Positions 18,646-28,078 of a DNA stretch of 64,000 nucleotides are shown here, one piece after another. The notes below the pieces were generated by a model. It saw only the letters and a list, made by a program, of their open reading frames with translations. It made no database searches and was not told the origin of the DNA. The DNA lies in contig JBIKYP010000002.1 of the NCBI GenBank assembly GCA_044355195.1, positions 911 to 64,910 of the forward strand, in the 5' to 3' direction. Position numbers and translations under genes: made by a program. The first letter of the stretch is position 1. Each line of letters begins with the position of its first letter. The stretch is from Crocinitomicaceae bacterium. GTDB lineage: Bacteria > Bacteroidota > Bacteroidia > Flavobacteriales_D > Crocinitomicaceae.

Positions 18646-20478
18646 CTAAAGATCATCATATACAGGAATATCACCCCTCAAAATTCTGAGTCGTTTTCGT
18701 GCTTCAATGGCGTGTAAACTTCCTTTGAAGTCAAACAGAATGGTTTTGTAATAAGTTATCGCTTTTTCTGTGTTATGGAGATGGTTTTCATAGATGTCTC
18801 CTAAATGAAATAGTGCATCATCTGCGAGGATATCCTCTCTATGGTATTTTAAAAGTTCTTCAAGAAATGGCACCGCTCCTGACCAATCACCTTGTTGCTC
18901 AGCAATTTGGGATTTTTTGAATAAGATTTCATCTGAAAGACTGTGATATGGAAATGCGTTATTGATGGAGTCAAAAAGTTGCATCGCTTCAGGATAACGG
19001 CGTTGTTCGGATAACAGGTCGGCTTTGGCATACCATGTCATAACCGTGTAATTACTGTCCAAACCAAAGTTATCGGTAATTAATAAGGACAATTGAAGCG
19101 CATCGTTCGCAATAAGTTTGGATGTGGATTCTTTTAAAACGCTAAGTTGTGACTGGGCAAAATCAAATTCGCCGTCGTAATAAAAGATGCGTGCGTTCTT
19201 AAATTTTGCTTCATGGCCAATGGGTTCAAATTTAAAATCGGCTTCTAATTGCATATACAATAGAGACGCCTCCCAAACATCTCCATCAAGTACATAAACG
19301 TCAGCTAGTTTCATTTTTATCTCTGCTCGTTGCATATCAGTCAACCCGGACATGGAAAGTGTTTGGGTTAAAAGCGTAATGGACTCTTTCGACTGATTGC
19401 CATAAAATGCCTGTATATGACATAATTCGAGAATTATGGGTAGGGAAGTTTTTTGTCTTCCAACTCTAGTTAAGGCACTTTGGTATTCACTAATGGTTGC
19501 ATTTAGCTCTTCCTTCGAATAGTTTCTATTATTCGTAATTTCTAGAAATCGTGTGTTAAGTAAGGCATTTTCTGACGGATAGAAATATACTTTATCCTCA
19601 CCGAGGTCTCTTACATAGCTGAAAGCCATTCGCGCTGTTTCATATGCCTGATTCTCAACACACATTTTTCCGAGCTCGAATACTATTCTACCTTGTTCAC
19701 CAAGTTTTCGATCAAGTGCCTGGGTTTGTAATAAGGCTGCCGGAAAATTCTTTTTTTGAATGAATAACCAAATCAGCATTTCTGAATACACGGTTTCACC
19801 GGGGTTCTTTTGAATACGTTCCAGCAAAGTAGATTTTAATAATGTATACTCTTTACTGTCTTCTAGGCTGAAGTCGATTTGTCGCGATAGAACGGCTTGG
19901 ATGGCCGAGGCAGATTCACTTTTTCGGTTTAGCAGATCCATATATTCAGTAATCATTTTTTCTTGCTGACCCATAACGCCATATAACTCGGCAAATTGAA
20001 AGTTTAGGGGATAGCTCTCTTTTAGTAATTTGCGACCTTTTTCGAGTGTTTCCAGTGCCAGATCATTCTTGTTTTTTGCTCTGAAAAGGTTGAACAGATT
20101 AATAATTTTCCCCGGATCTTCGGAGAGGTCTTCGATGAGATCGTCATAGAGCTTTTGGGCTTTTTCAGCCTCCAGATTCTCCTCGTAAAATACAGCAAGC
20201 ATAAGGATATACTCCTGTTCGGAACGGTTGTTTGACAGCTGTTTTTTGATTAGTCTTTCTGCCTCTTTGAGTTCTTTCTCTTGAATCAAACACTCGTAAA
20301 GACGGGTGAAATAAAATTTACTGGGCTCTCTGGAATAGAGTTTTTCATAATAAGTTCGGGCTTTTGAAAATTCTCCATTGGTAAAGTAATATTGGGCTAA
20401 TTGCTGATCTGTTTCTACTTGAGAAGAAACAGATATTGAGAGGAGTAGCCCCAGACTAACCAATAGGATGGATCTCAT
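18646..20478 (-). CDS. Tetratricopeptide-repeat protein, secreted
   Basis: 610 aa with signal peptide MRSILLVSLGLLLSISVSSQ and repeated TPR-like A/Y/L helical pairs throughout. Confidence 0.7.
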   Translation of the reverse strand: MRSILLVSLGLLLSISVSSQVETDQQLAQYYFTNGEFSKARTYYEKLYSREPSKFYFTRLYECLIQEKELKEAERLIKKQLSNNRSEQEYILMLAVFYEENLEAEKAQKLYDDLIEDLSEDPGKIINLFNLFRAKNKNDLALETLEKGRKLLKESYPLNFQFAELYGVMGQQEKMITEYMDLLNRKSESASAIQAVLSRQIDFSLEDSKEYTLLKSTLLERIQKNPGETVYSEMLIWLFIQKKNFPAALLQTQALDRKLGEQGRIVFELGKMCVENQAYETARMAFSYVRDLGEDKVYFYPSENALLNTRFLEITNNRNYSKEELNATISEYQSALTRVGRQKTSLPIILELCHIQAFYGNQSKESITLLTQTLSMSGLTDMQRAEIKMKLADVYVLDGDVWEASLLYMQLEADFKFEPIGHEAKFKNARIFYYDGEFDFAQSQLSVLKESTSKLIANDALQLSLLITDNFGLDSNYTVMTWYAKADLLSEQRRYPEAMQLFDSINNAFPYHSLSDEILFKKSQIAEQQGDWSGAVPFLEELLKYHREDILADDALFHLGDIYENHLHNTEKAITYYKTILFDFKGSLHAIEARKRLRILRGDIPVYDDL

Positions 20479-21101
20479 CTCTTGATTTTTAATTCTTTTT
20501 CTGTTTCTAGTTTCGTAGCAAATACACTCAAGTCTTCGTACACATCCTCAAAATCGTGAAGAATCTTATCCTTGTGTGTCTTATAATCTTCGAGCAATTC
20601 ACATAATTGGTCTATCTTTTGTGTTTCAAAGGCAATGTATTCGTTGTATTTGTCCCTTTTTCCCAGGCCGTTTGAAATATCGCTTCTCAATTCCTGTAGC
20701 GTACTCTTTTCGGAAGCAATTCCTCCTTTGATATCCAGATAGGCCGATCCCAGGGTTTGATGAGTGAGCCTTCCGCTTTTTTCCTCACCTTCTTCTTCCT
20801 CTTCCTCTTCGGCACTTTCGGACATGAAGAATTTTTTCAGATTTCGGAATTTATTCATTTTTTGACTTAAGGAAATATTTATCGTATCTGCCGTATAATT
20901 GTTTCTAATTCTTAATTCTATTGACATTATAGAATTCTGGATATTTGCAAGTGTATCTACTTGATGTTCCTGAAGTACTGCTTGTAAACTGTCAGCCTGA
21001 ATAAGCATTTTATCCACCTTTTTTAATTGCTCTTCACGGTGAAGGTCTGCGCAAGCTGATAGTAAACCGAGTACAAAAAGTGTAATAAGTACTGTTCTCA
21101 A
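20475..21101 (-). CDS. Hypothetical coiled-coil lipoprotein with an acidic tract
   Basis: 208 aa with lipoprotein-like signal MRTVLITLFVLGLLSAC and a poly-Glu tract SAEEEEEEEGEE. It has a 4-bp overlap with the downstream TPR gene. Confidence 0.55.
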   Translation of the reverse strand: MRTVLITLFVLGLLSACADLHREEQLKKVDKMLIQADSLQAVLQEHQVDTLANIQNSIMSIELRIRNNYTADTINISLSQKMNKFRNLKKFFMSESAEEEEEEEGEEKSGRLTHQTLGSAYLDIKGGIASEKSTLQELRSDISNGLGKRDKYNEYIAFETQKIDQLCELLEDYKTHKDKILHDFEDVYEDLSVFATKLETEKELKIKR

Positions 21102-21263
21102 TTGTTTGTATGTTAATTATCAATAATTCAAGGGCTTCAAATATCTCAAAGACTGATATGTTATTCCTTGATCCCCATAAAAGTACATTCTAAAGGGGTT
21201 GAAACGTATTTCTTTATGGAATATTCACCAATATTAACAGAAAAACAACTGCCTTAACCTGCA

Positions 21264-22535
21264 TTACGAGATCCTGTCGAAGCCTGTGAATTTTCGAAGT
21301 GCTTCCGGTATAATAATTCCCTCAGGCGTCTGATGATTTTCCAGAAGTGCCGCAACTATTCGCGGTAAGGCCAGTGCAGACCCGTTTAATGTATGACAAA
21401 GTTGTGTTTTTTTGTCCCGATTTTTAAAGCGCAGTTTCAAACGGTTCGATTGGAAGGTGTCAAAACGGGAGCATGAGCTGACCTCTAACCATTTTTGCTG
21501 GGCCGCTGAGTAAACTTCAAAATCATATGTCAGAGCAGATGCAAAGCCTGTATCACCGCCACAGAGACGCAAAATTCGGAACTGCAATCCAAGTTTGGTA
21601 AGTAACCCTTTGACGTGTTCAATCATTTCCTCCAAAGCTTTTGCAGTGTTGTCAGGATGCTCAATTCGCACGATCTCTACTTTGTCGAATTGGTGTAAGC
21701 GATTGAGACCACGCACATCTTTTCCATAAGACCCTGCTTCCCTGCGGAAACAAGGTGTGTATCCGGTCAGTTTGATTGAAAACGTATCATCAGGAAGGAT
21801 GATATCCCTAAAAATATTTGTTAGAGGAACTTCCGCTGTCGGAATAAGGTAGAAATCGTCTTCCCTCACATAATACATTTGACCTTCTTTATCGGGCAGT
21901 TGTCCTGTACCATATCCGGAGGCTTCATTGACAACTAGTGGCGGTATATATTCTTCGTATCCTGCTTTTTCGGCTTCCTCTAAAAAGAAAGAGATAAGTG
22001 CACGCTGAAGTTTTGCGCCTTTTCCTTTGTAGAAGGGGAATCCGGCACCCGTAACCTTGACACCCAATTCAAAATCAATGAGGTCATATTTTTTAGCTAA
22101 ATCCCAGTGAGCGAGGGGTTCGGTAGAGAAAAGAGTTTTTTCGCCTGCTTCATAAACTACTTCATTATCTTTTTCATCTTTTCCTGCTTTTACCAATTCG
22201 TTAGGAACATTTGGCAAGATATACAATAATTGCGTGATTTCATTATCTAAACCAACGACCACTTCTTTGAGTTCGTTTTCCTTGGCTTTTAATTCAAGAG
22301 TCTTTGCTTTAATCGTGTTCGCTTCCGCTTGATTTCCATGCTTGAAAAGATCTCCAATTTGTTTGGCAAGTTGATTTTGCTGAGCCGCGATTGCTTCCAG
22401 TTCAGTTTTTGTGGTTCGCCATTTTTGGTCTTTCTCAAGGATTTGATTTAGGGTAGCAGATACATCGAGATTACGTTTTTTAAGTCCCTCGATAATCATG
22501 CCTTTGTCCGTTCTAATGCGCGTGATCTCTAGCAT
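21264..22535 (-). CDS. serS: Seryl-tRNA synthetase
   Basis: 423 aa with an N-terminal coiled-coil arm and class II aaRS motifs (TGYTPCFRREAGS, LNGSALALPR). Confidence 0.95.
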   Translation of the reverse strand: MLEITRIRTDKGMIIEGLKKRNLDVSATLNQILEKDQKWRTTKTELEAIAAQQNQLAKQIGDLFKHGNQAEANTIKAKTLELKAKENELKEVVVGLDNEITQLLYILPNVPNELVKAGKDEKDNEVVYEAGEKTLFSTEPLAHWDLAKKYDLIDFELGVKVTGAGFPFYKGKGAKLQRALISFFLEEAEKAGYEEYIPPLVVNEASGYGTGQLPDKEGQMYYVREDDFYLIPTAEVPLTNIFRDIILPDDTFSIKLTGYTPCFRREAGSYGKDVRGLNRLHQFDKVEIVRIEHPDNTAKALEEMIEHVKGLLTKLGLQFRILRLCGGDTGFASALTYDFEVYSAAQQKWLEVSSCSRFDTFQSNRLKLRFKNRDKKTQLCHTLNGSALALPRIVAALLENHQTPEGIIIPEALRKFTGFDRIS

Positions 22536-22596
22536 ATAGGCTTTAATTTTCGATACGAAAATAGGAATTAATACAACAAGGGATGAATCTGAGCAG

Positions 22597-23019
22597 TCTC
22601 TTTTAAATGAATTTTTAATTGACTAGTCTCAAAAATACCACAATGTAAAAAGATTACGAAGTTCTTGGCACATCTTTGTCAAAAAAAGGAGATGAAGATA
22701 TACGAGTTTATCCAAAAATTTCCAGATTAAAACAGTTGCGGACTCTGTTTTAAGGCTTTTAGAGAACGATTGATACTCACATTTCATTCAAATCCGAAAA
22801 AACCACCACTTAAATAGGTAAATGTTGCAATCAGCAATACCAAAAGAAATCTGCTTGGAGTTTATCAATGATTTCAAAAGAGTATCTACAGAACTATCTG
22901 AATGAATTTTGCTATCGATTAAGTCGAAGATGCCTCGGCGAGAACCTGTTTAACCGCATGATTGTTGCCATTGTTGCAAATTATTGGTATGTTTGAGGCT
23001 CGTCAGTTAATTTAAGAGC
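22597..23019 (+). mobile_element. Internally deleted, inactivated IS1595-family insertion-sequence remnant
   Basis: A single frame from ATG 22692 reads MKIYEFIQKFPD*NSCGLCFKAFRER...K*VNVAISNTKRNLLGVYQ*. A +1 shift then gives MISKEYLQNYLNEFCYRLSRRCLGENLFNRMIVAIVANYWYV* (22868-22996). These resemble the extreme N-terminus and the C-terminal about 60 aa of IS1595/ISXO2-like transposases; the DDE core is missing. Candidate terminal inverted repeats are TTAATTGACTAG (22615-22626) and CTCGTCAGTTAA (22999-23010), matching at 10 of 12 positions. Confidence 0.6.
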
Positions 23020-23050
23020 AAAAAAAAAGGACGAAAATAATATTCGTCCT
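23020..23050 (-). terminator. Rho-independent terminator downstream of rpmA
   Basis: On the minus strand, AGGACGAA-tattatt-TTCGTCCT is followed by a T9 run. Confidence 0.8.
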
Positions 23051-23071
23051 TCACAAACTTATGCGACTCAA

Positions 23072-23341
23072 CTATGCCTCATTCGATTCCAAAGGAACGA
23101 TCGAAACAAAGGAACGATTATCTTTTTTCTTTCGGAATTCAACTAAACCGTCAGTCAATGCATAAAGGGTATGGTCTTTGCCAATCCCAACGTTTTCACC
23201 CGGGTGATGCTGTGTTCCTCTTTGACGAACGAGGATATTTCCGGCAATAGCAGCTTGACCACCAAAGATCTTTACGCCTAAACGTTTGCTATGAGATTCA
23301 CGACCGTTTTTCGAACTACCGACTCCTTTTTTGTGTGCCAT
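23072..23341 (-). CDS. rpmA: 50S ribosomal protein L27
   Basis: 89 aa with the [25 protein letters not shown]-terminus. Confidence 0.97.
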   Translation of the reverse strand: MAHKKGVGSSKNGRESHSKRLGVKIFGGQAAIAGNILVRQRGTQHHPGENVGIGKDHTLYALTDGLVEFRKKKDNRSFVSIVPLESNEA

Positions 23342-23375
23342 GGTATTTACGTTTTAGTTCAGCGAACTGAACAGA

Positions 23376-23690
23376 TTATTTTACTTTAATATCCTTAATT
23401 GTGATCGCCGTAAAACTTTGACGATGACCATTTTTCTTTACGTATCCCTTTCTTCTTTTCTTCCTGAAGACAATGACTTTATCACCCTTAACGTGATCAT
23501 TTACCTCTGCAGTCACTTTAGCTCCTGCTATAGCCGGGGCGCCAATGTTCACTTTCCCATCGTTGTCAACTAAAAGAACACGGTCAAACTCTACTTTTGA
23601 CCCGGTCTCAGCTGCCAATCGATGTACAAAGATCTTTTGGTCTTTTTGCACTTTAAATTGCTGCCCTGCTATCTCTACAATTGCGTACAT
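23376..23690 (-). CDS. rplU: 50S ribosomal protein L21
   Basis: 104 aa, [14 protein letters not shown]...; canonical L21, immediately upstream of rpmA. Confidence 0.97.
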   Translation of the reverse strand: MYAIVEIAGQQFKVQKDQKIFVHRLAAETGSKVEFDRVLLVDNDGKVNIGAPAIAGAKVTAEVNDHVKGDKVIVFRKKRRKGYVKKNGHRQSFTAITIKDIKVK

Positions 23691-24010
23691 AATAGCTTTT
23701 TTAAATTATTTTTCTTAAATCGGGACGGTAAAGATAGTTAAAAAAGTTTATCACACAACATTGTTTAAATAAGATTTTCAGGGTAGACCATACAACTTGG
23801 ATTTACCCGCGTTTTTTAGACTTATTGGCTCTCGATGATAACGTCACCGTTTTTCAATTCGGAATTAGCTGTCTACAAGTAAGGAGTCAAAATCGGTTTC
23901 TTGATCTTTTCATCCACAGAATTTAGTTGTTTAGTCCTTACATATCCGATGTTTATAGAGTTGTTTTGAATTGTTGAAAACCCCTTGATTTTTCCACAAA
24001 AATATTAGAT

Positions 24011-24026
24011 TACCACTTTTTACCAC
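24011..24026 (-). promoter_or_regulatory. Candidate distal MraZ operator (two GTGG repeats at 10-bp spacing, minus-strand orientation)
   Basis: taccactttttaccac is the reverse complement of GTGGTAAAAAGTGGTA. It shares 14 nt with the proximal site. Confidence 0.35.
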
Positions 24027-24131
24027 ATTTGTTAAATAGTTGAATAACAATTAGATAAATTCTTTTTTATAGATCAAAACGTAACAATTTATTCGGTTTA
24101 ACGTTAGAATTTATTAACAAACTAAATATTG

Positions 24132-24148
24132 GTGGTAAAAAGTGGGGT
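24132..24148 (+). promoter_or_regulatory. Candidate proximal MraZ operator overlapping the likely mraZ promoter
   Basis: GTGGTAAAAAGTGGGGT lies 33-49 bp upstream of the mraZ ATG. It has GTGG(T/G) direct repeats with 10-bp periodicity, as described for MraZ boxes. A TAATTTTA (TAnnTTTG-like -7 box) follows at 24157-24164. Confidence 0.4.
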
Positions 24149-24180
24149 AAATCCACTAATTTTACCCATTATTAAACGTC

Positions 24181-24639
24181 ATGTCAGGCTTAGTCGGAGA
24201 ATTTGAAGTAAAACTGGATGGAAAGGGGCGTTTCCTTTTTCCATCGGGACTTCGTAAACAGTTGTCTCCGGTCTCTCAGCGCGATTTTATGTTGAACAAA
24301 GGATTTGAAGAATGCCTTTCCTTGTACCCGCTCAATGAGTGGGAAAAAATCAGTGAAAAGCTTTCGAAGATGAATTTGTTCAAGCCGAAGAACCGTATGT
24401 TCTACCGTCTTTTTCATCAGGGAGCCAAACTGGTTTCTTTGGATAATGCCGGTCGTATATTGATTCCTTCGGCTCACATGTCACGTGTTGGTCTTGTTCA
24501 GGATGCGATGCTCATTGCATACAATGACAGGATCGAAATCTGGGATAAGGTAAGGTACTTCGAAATGATCGAGGGCAACATGGCGGATTTCGCTGATTTG
24601 GCGGATGAAGTAATGGGTGATCTTGGTGATGGAGAATAG
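24181..24639 (+). CDS. mraZ: Transcriptional regulator MraZ
   Basis: 152 aa with duplicated SpoVT/AbrB-like halves (KLDGKGRFLFPSGLR; LDNAGRILIPS). It is the first gene of the dcw cluster. Confidence 0.95.
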   Translation: MSGLVGEFEVKLDGKGRFLFPSGLRKQLSPVSQRDFMLNKGFEECLSLYPLNEWEKISEKLSKMNLFKPKNRMFYRLFHQGAKLVSLDNAGRILIPSAHMSRVGLVQDAMLIAYNDRIEIWDKVRYFEMIEGNMADFADLADEVMGDLGDGE

Positions 24640-25543
24640 CACGATTTATCATATCCCGGTCATGCTTTCGGAATGTCTGGAAGGATTGAAAATCAACCCC
24701 GAAGGCACGTATATTGATGTAACTTTTGGTGGGGGAGGACATTCTCGCGCAATTTATGACCGTCTTTCCGAAAAGGGATTGCTTATTGCTTTTGATCAAG
24801 ATCCCGATGCGGCTAAAAACGCCTGGTCAGCATCCAATTTTAAGTTTGTTTCTGCAAATTTCTCCTTTCTTTTTAATCACCTTAAATTATTGGGAATTAA
24901 TAAGGTAGATGGTATTCTTGCCGATCTTGGCGTTTCTTCTCATCAGTTTGATTCGAAAGAACGTGGCTTTTCCATTCGTGCGAATGCTCAGTTGGATATG
25001 CGCATGAATCAATCAAGTGAACTAAGCGCTTTTCAGGTGGTCAATGAATATACTGAAGATCAGATTTCTCGCTTACTTCATGTGTATGGCGAAGTTAAGA
25101 ATTCCCGCAAAATTGCGGCGGAAATCGTACGCGCACGAGAGGGTAGAAAACTGAAAACAACAGGTGATCTGATGGATGTGATTGCACCATATGCGCCAAA
25201 ATTCAAGGAACATAAATTCTGTGCGCAGATCTTTCAGGCTATCCGAATTGAAGTAAATCAGGAAATGCCGGTTTTGGAGCATTTTCTGGAACAAACAGTG
25301 GATGCTCTAAAACCTGGTGGCCGATTGGTGGTGATGTCCTATCATTCCCTGGAAGACAGGCTGGTGAAGAATTTTATGAAGAGAGGTAGTCTGACAGGCA
25401 AGATAACGAAAGATTTTTTTGGAAACGTTTTGAAGCCCTTCTCTGAAGTTAACAGGCATCCTTTGGTGCCTGCTGACGAAGAAATCGAATTGAATCAGCG
25501 TGCACGAAGTGCCAAATTGAGAATAGCAGAACGAGATGAGTGA
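24617..25543 (+). CDS. rsmH: 16S rRNA (cytosine1402-N4)-methyltransferase RsmH (MraW)
   Basis: It has HIPVML...DVTFGGGGHS...DLGVSSHQ...SYHSLEDR motifs. A likely alternative start is at 24629 (MENSTIYH). Confidence 0.95.
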   Translation: MILVMENSTIYHIPVMLSECLEGLKINPEGTYIDVTFGGGGHSRAIYDRLSEKGLLIAFDQDPDAAKNAWSASNFKFVSANFSFLFNHLKLLGINKVDGILADLGVSSHQFDSKERGFSIRANAQLDMRMNQSSELSAFQVVNEYTEDQISRLLHVYGEVKNSRKIAAEIVRAREGRKLKTTGDLMDVIAPYAPKFKEHKFCAQIFQAIRIEVNQEMPVLEHFLEQTVDALKPGGRLVVMSYHSLEDRLVKNFMKRGSLTGKITKDFFGNVLKPFSEVNRHPLVPADEEIELNQRARSAKLRIAERDE

Positions 25544-25961
25544 TAACGAATTTTTGGACAAGGATTCCCTGGATGAGTTGACGCATAAAGAACGTCAAAA
25601 GGAAGAGAAGGAACGCGCTCGTGTAAGGCCGAAGAGTGCGAGACCGAATGCTTTTGCTCAAATTCTTAATGGAGATTTTCTGACACGCCAATTCGTAATA
25701 AACAACTTGAATTTTATCTTCTTTATTATGTTGCTTCTGTTACTGATTGTTGGCAAAGGCTATTACGGAAAGCAACTTTCAAAGGACATAGATGCTTCCC
25801 AAAAAACATTGGATGAAATGACGGCGGATTATGTCGAGAGTAAGGCTCGGATGGAGGAGAATACGCGCCGGTATAAACTTGTTCAGCGACTCGGACCAAA
25901 AGGATTGGTGGAGTCTGAGGATTCGATAAAAGTGATCAAACTGAAACGCAAAGAAAATTAA
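25536..25961 (+). CDS. ftsL: FtsL-like cell-division protein (Bacteroidota type)
   Basis: 141 aa with a single TM helix (FIFFIMLLLLLIVG) followed by a coiled coil. It occupies the conserved position between rsmH and ftsI. Confidence 0.65.
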   Translation: MSDNEFLDKDSLDELTHKERQKEEKERARVRPKSARPNAFAQILNGDFLTRQFVINNLNFIFFIMLLLLLIVGKGYYGKQLSKDIDASQKTLDEMTADYVESKARMEENTRRYKLVQRLGPKGLVESEDSIKVIKLKRKEN

Positions 25962-28078
25962 TGGTTGCCGAGAAGAAAGATATCATTTGGAGGGCCTATA
26001 TGGTTTATTTCGGTTTCATTACCCTCATGCTCATCGTTCTCTTTAAGACACTTTCGATTCAGTTTGGCGAAACTAGGCAGTTCTTCGCTTCGGGGGACAA
26101 CACCACAACCATTCGTACCGTTGACCGGATTCCAAGAAGAGGGGAAATTTTAGATGTTAATTACAATCCTCTGGTGACCTCAGTCTCTTCCTTCGATATT
26201 CACATGGATCCGATGGTTGTGGATCAAAAGATTTTTGATTCAGATGTTTCGGATCTGGCCGCCGGTTTAGCGAATATGTACCCGGATCGCAGTGCTTTTG
26301 AATATGAACGAATGATCCGTGGAGCACGTGAGCGTAAAAGTCGTTATCTGCTCATACGCAAAAGGGTGAGTAATGAGGCGCGACGTGCCTTGAGTAATCT
26401 TCCTATTTTCAAATTGGGTAGGCTAAAAGGTGGCTTTATTGATACAGATGAAATCATTGAACGAAAGCGACCAAATGGTGAATTATTGAGAAGAACACTT
26501 GGGTCCTGTAAATTCAACGAAATTCGAGGCTTGCTTGAAGGAGTAAAAGGCATTGAACAGGCGTTTGATGAATATTTGCGTGGAGAATCCGGAGGAGAGA
26601 TTGAACAAAAAATTCCTACAGGATGGAAAAAAACGGGTCAGATTGTAAGAGAAGCCGTTGAGGGCGCAGATGTAATTACTTCTATTGACAAGGATATTCA
26701 GGAGGTGGCATCTTCAGAACTGGAGCGACAAATAAAGGATCAGAATGCGAAGCACGGATGTGTAGTGGTGATGGATGTTAAGACCGGATTCGTAAAAGCA
26801 ATTTCGAATCTTGCTAGGAGAAAAGATGGCACCTACGGGGAACAGGATTTCAATTTTGCTATCGGACGCAAAGAAGTGCCCGGCTCTACATTCAAACTTG
26901 CCTCGTTAATGGCTGCTTTGGAAGATGAAAAGATCCAAATTCTAGATACAGTAGATGCTTTCGGAGAGTATCGTTTTCATGGGAGATCTCTTATGGATGC
27001 GCACGAGGGAGGGTTCGGTAGAATTACAATTAAAGCAGCTTTTGAGAAATCTTCAAATGTGATAGCGAAAGTTATCGATCGGGCCTACAGAGATGAACCT
27101 GAGGCATTTATTGAACGTCTGGAATCGTTTGGCTTGACGGAACCGCTGGCTATTGATTTGGAAGGGGAACCTAACCCGACAGTTTACAGGCCCGGATCAG
27201 CAAATTGGTATGGTACATCATTGCCTTGGATGGCTATAGGGTATGAATTTCAGCAAACACCACTTCAAACGCTCGCTTTTTATAATGCTGTGGCTAATGG
27301 TGGAGATTTGATTCGCCCTCAATTTGTGCAGGAGATCCGCCGAGGGGTAGAGGTGGTGAAACGATTTGAACCCGTGGTTTTGCGAAAGAGGATATGCTCT
27401 GAAAATACACTGGCTGTTTTAAGGTCTTGTTTGGAAGGTGTTATGACGGATGGTACAGGTAAGAATATTACGTCTTCTCAGTTTAAAATTGCCGGCAAAA
27501 CCGGAACTGCGGTGATTCTCAATTCTGATGGTAATTACGGAGAGAAGGGTAAGAGGTCGTATCAGGCATCTTTTGTAGGATACTTTCCTGCAGATAAACC
27601 AATCTATTCCTGTATAGTGGTGATTTCCGAACCGAAAAAGGAATATTATGGTGCAGTAGTTTCAGGTACAGTTTTTACTGCGATCGCTAATAAGGTTTAT
27701 GCATCGGCCCTGAGGTATCATCAGGCGGTGAACAAAGGAAAAAAAATCGAAATAAATGTTCCCAAAAGTTTGAGCGGAAACAAGTTTGATTTGATTCGGG
27801 CATTCAAATACCTGAGTGTCGATTACAAACTCCTTGCGCATTCAGAGTGGTTAAGAACTGACCGTGAAGGCTCTAAAGTGAGATTGACACAGCGGATGGT
27901 TAGCAAGTATGTGGTTCCTAATCTTGTTGGTTTAAGTGCCAAGGACGCAGTTTATCTGATTGAATCTAGAGGAATGAGCGCACATGTCAGTGGCTATGGT
28001 AAGGTGGTAAGGCAGTCAATTCCTCCCGGTCGACCATTGTTTATGGGTGGTGTAATAGAATTAACACTTGATCTGTGA
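25961..28078 (+). CDS. ftsI: Penicillin-binding protein 3 (FtsI) with a C-terminal PASTA domain
   Basis: 705 aa with an N-terminal TM helix and transpeptidase motifs STFK, SSN and KTGT. The C-terminal VPNLVGLSAKDAVYLIESRGM...VVRQSIPPG is PASTA-like. Confidence 0.93.
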   Translation: MVAEKKDIIWRAYMVYFGFITLMLIVLFKTLSIQFGETRQFFASGDNTTTIRTVDRIPRRGEILDVNYNPLVTSVSSFDIHMDPMVVDQKIFDSDVSDLAAGLANMYPDRSAFEYERMIRGARERKSRYLLIRKRVSNEARRALSNLPIFKLGRLKGGFIDTDEIIERKRPNGELLRRTLGSCKFNEIRGLLEGVKGIEQAFDEYLRGESGGEIEQKIPTGWKKTGQIVREAVEGADVITSIDKDIQEVASSELERQIKDQNAKHGCVVVMDVKTGFVKAISNLARRKDGTYGEQDFNFAIGRKEVPGSTFKLASLMAALEDEKIQILDTVDAFGEYRFHGRSLMDAHEGGFGRITIKAAFEKSSNVIAKVIDRAYRDEPEAFIERLESFGLTEPLAIDLEGEPNPTVYRPGSANWYGTSLPWMAIGYEFQQTPLQTLAFYNAVANGGDLIRPQFVQEIRRGVEVVKRFEPVVLRKRICSENTLAVLRSCLEGVMTDGTGKNITSSQFKIAGKTGTAVILNSDGNYGEKGKRSYQASFVGYFPADKPIYSCIVVISEPKKEYYGAVVSGTVFTAIANKVYASALRYHQAVNKGKKIEINVPKSLSGNKFDLIRAFKYLSVDYKLLAHSEWLRTDREGSKVRLTQRMVSKYVVPNLVGLSAKDAVYLIESRGMSAHVSGYGKVVRQSIPPGRPLFMGGVIELTLDL

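Noticed and set aside
20780-20815. GAA/GAG-rich repeat as an unstable trinucleotide repeat
   Set aside because: It is in frame and encodes the poly-Glu tract of the lipoprotein. The codons are mixed (GAA/GAG/GGT), so it is not a pure repeat prone to slippage.
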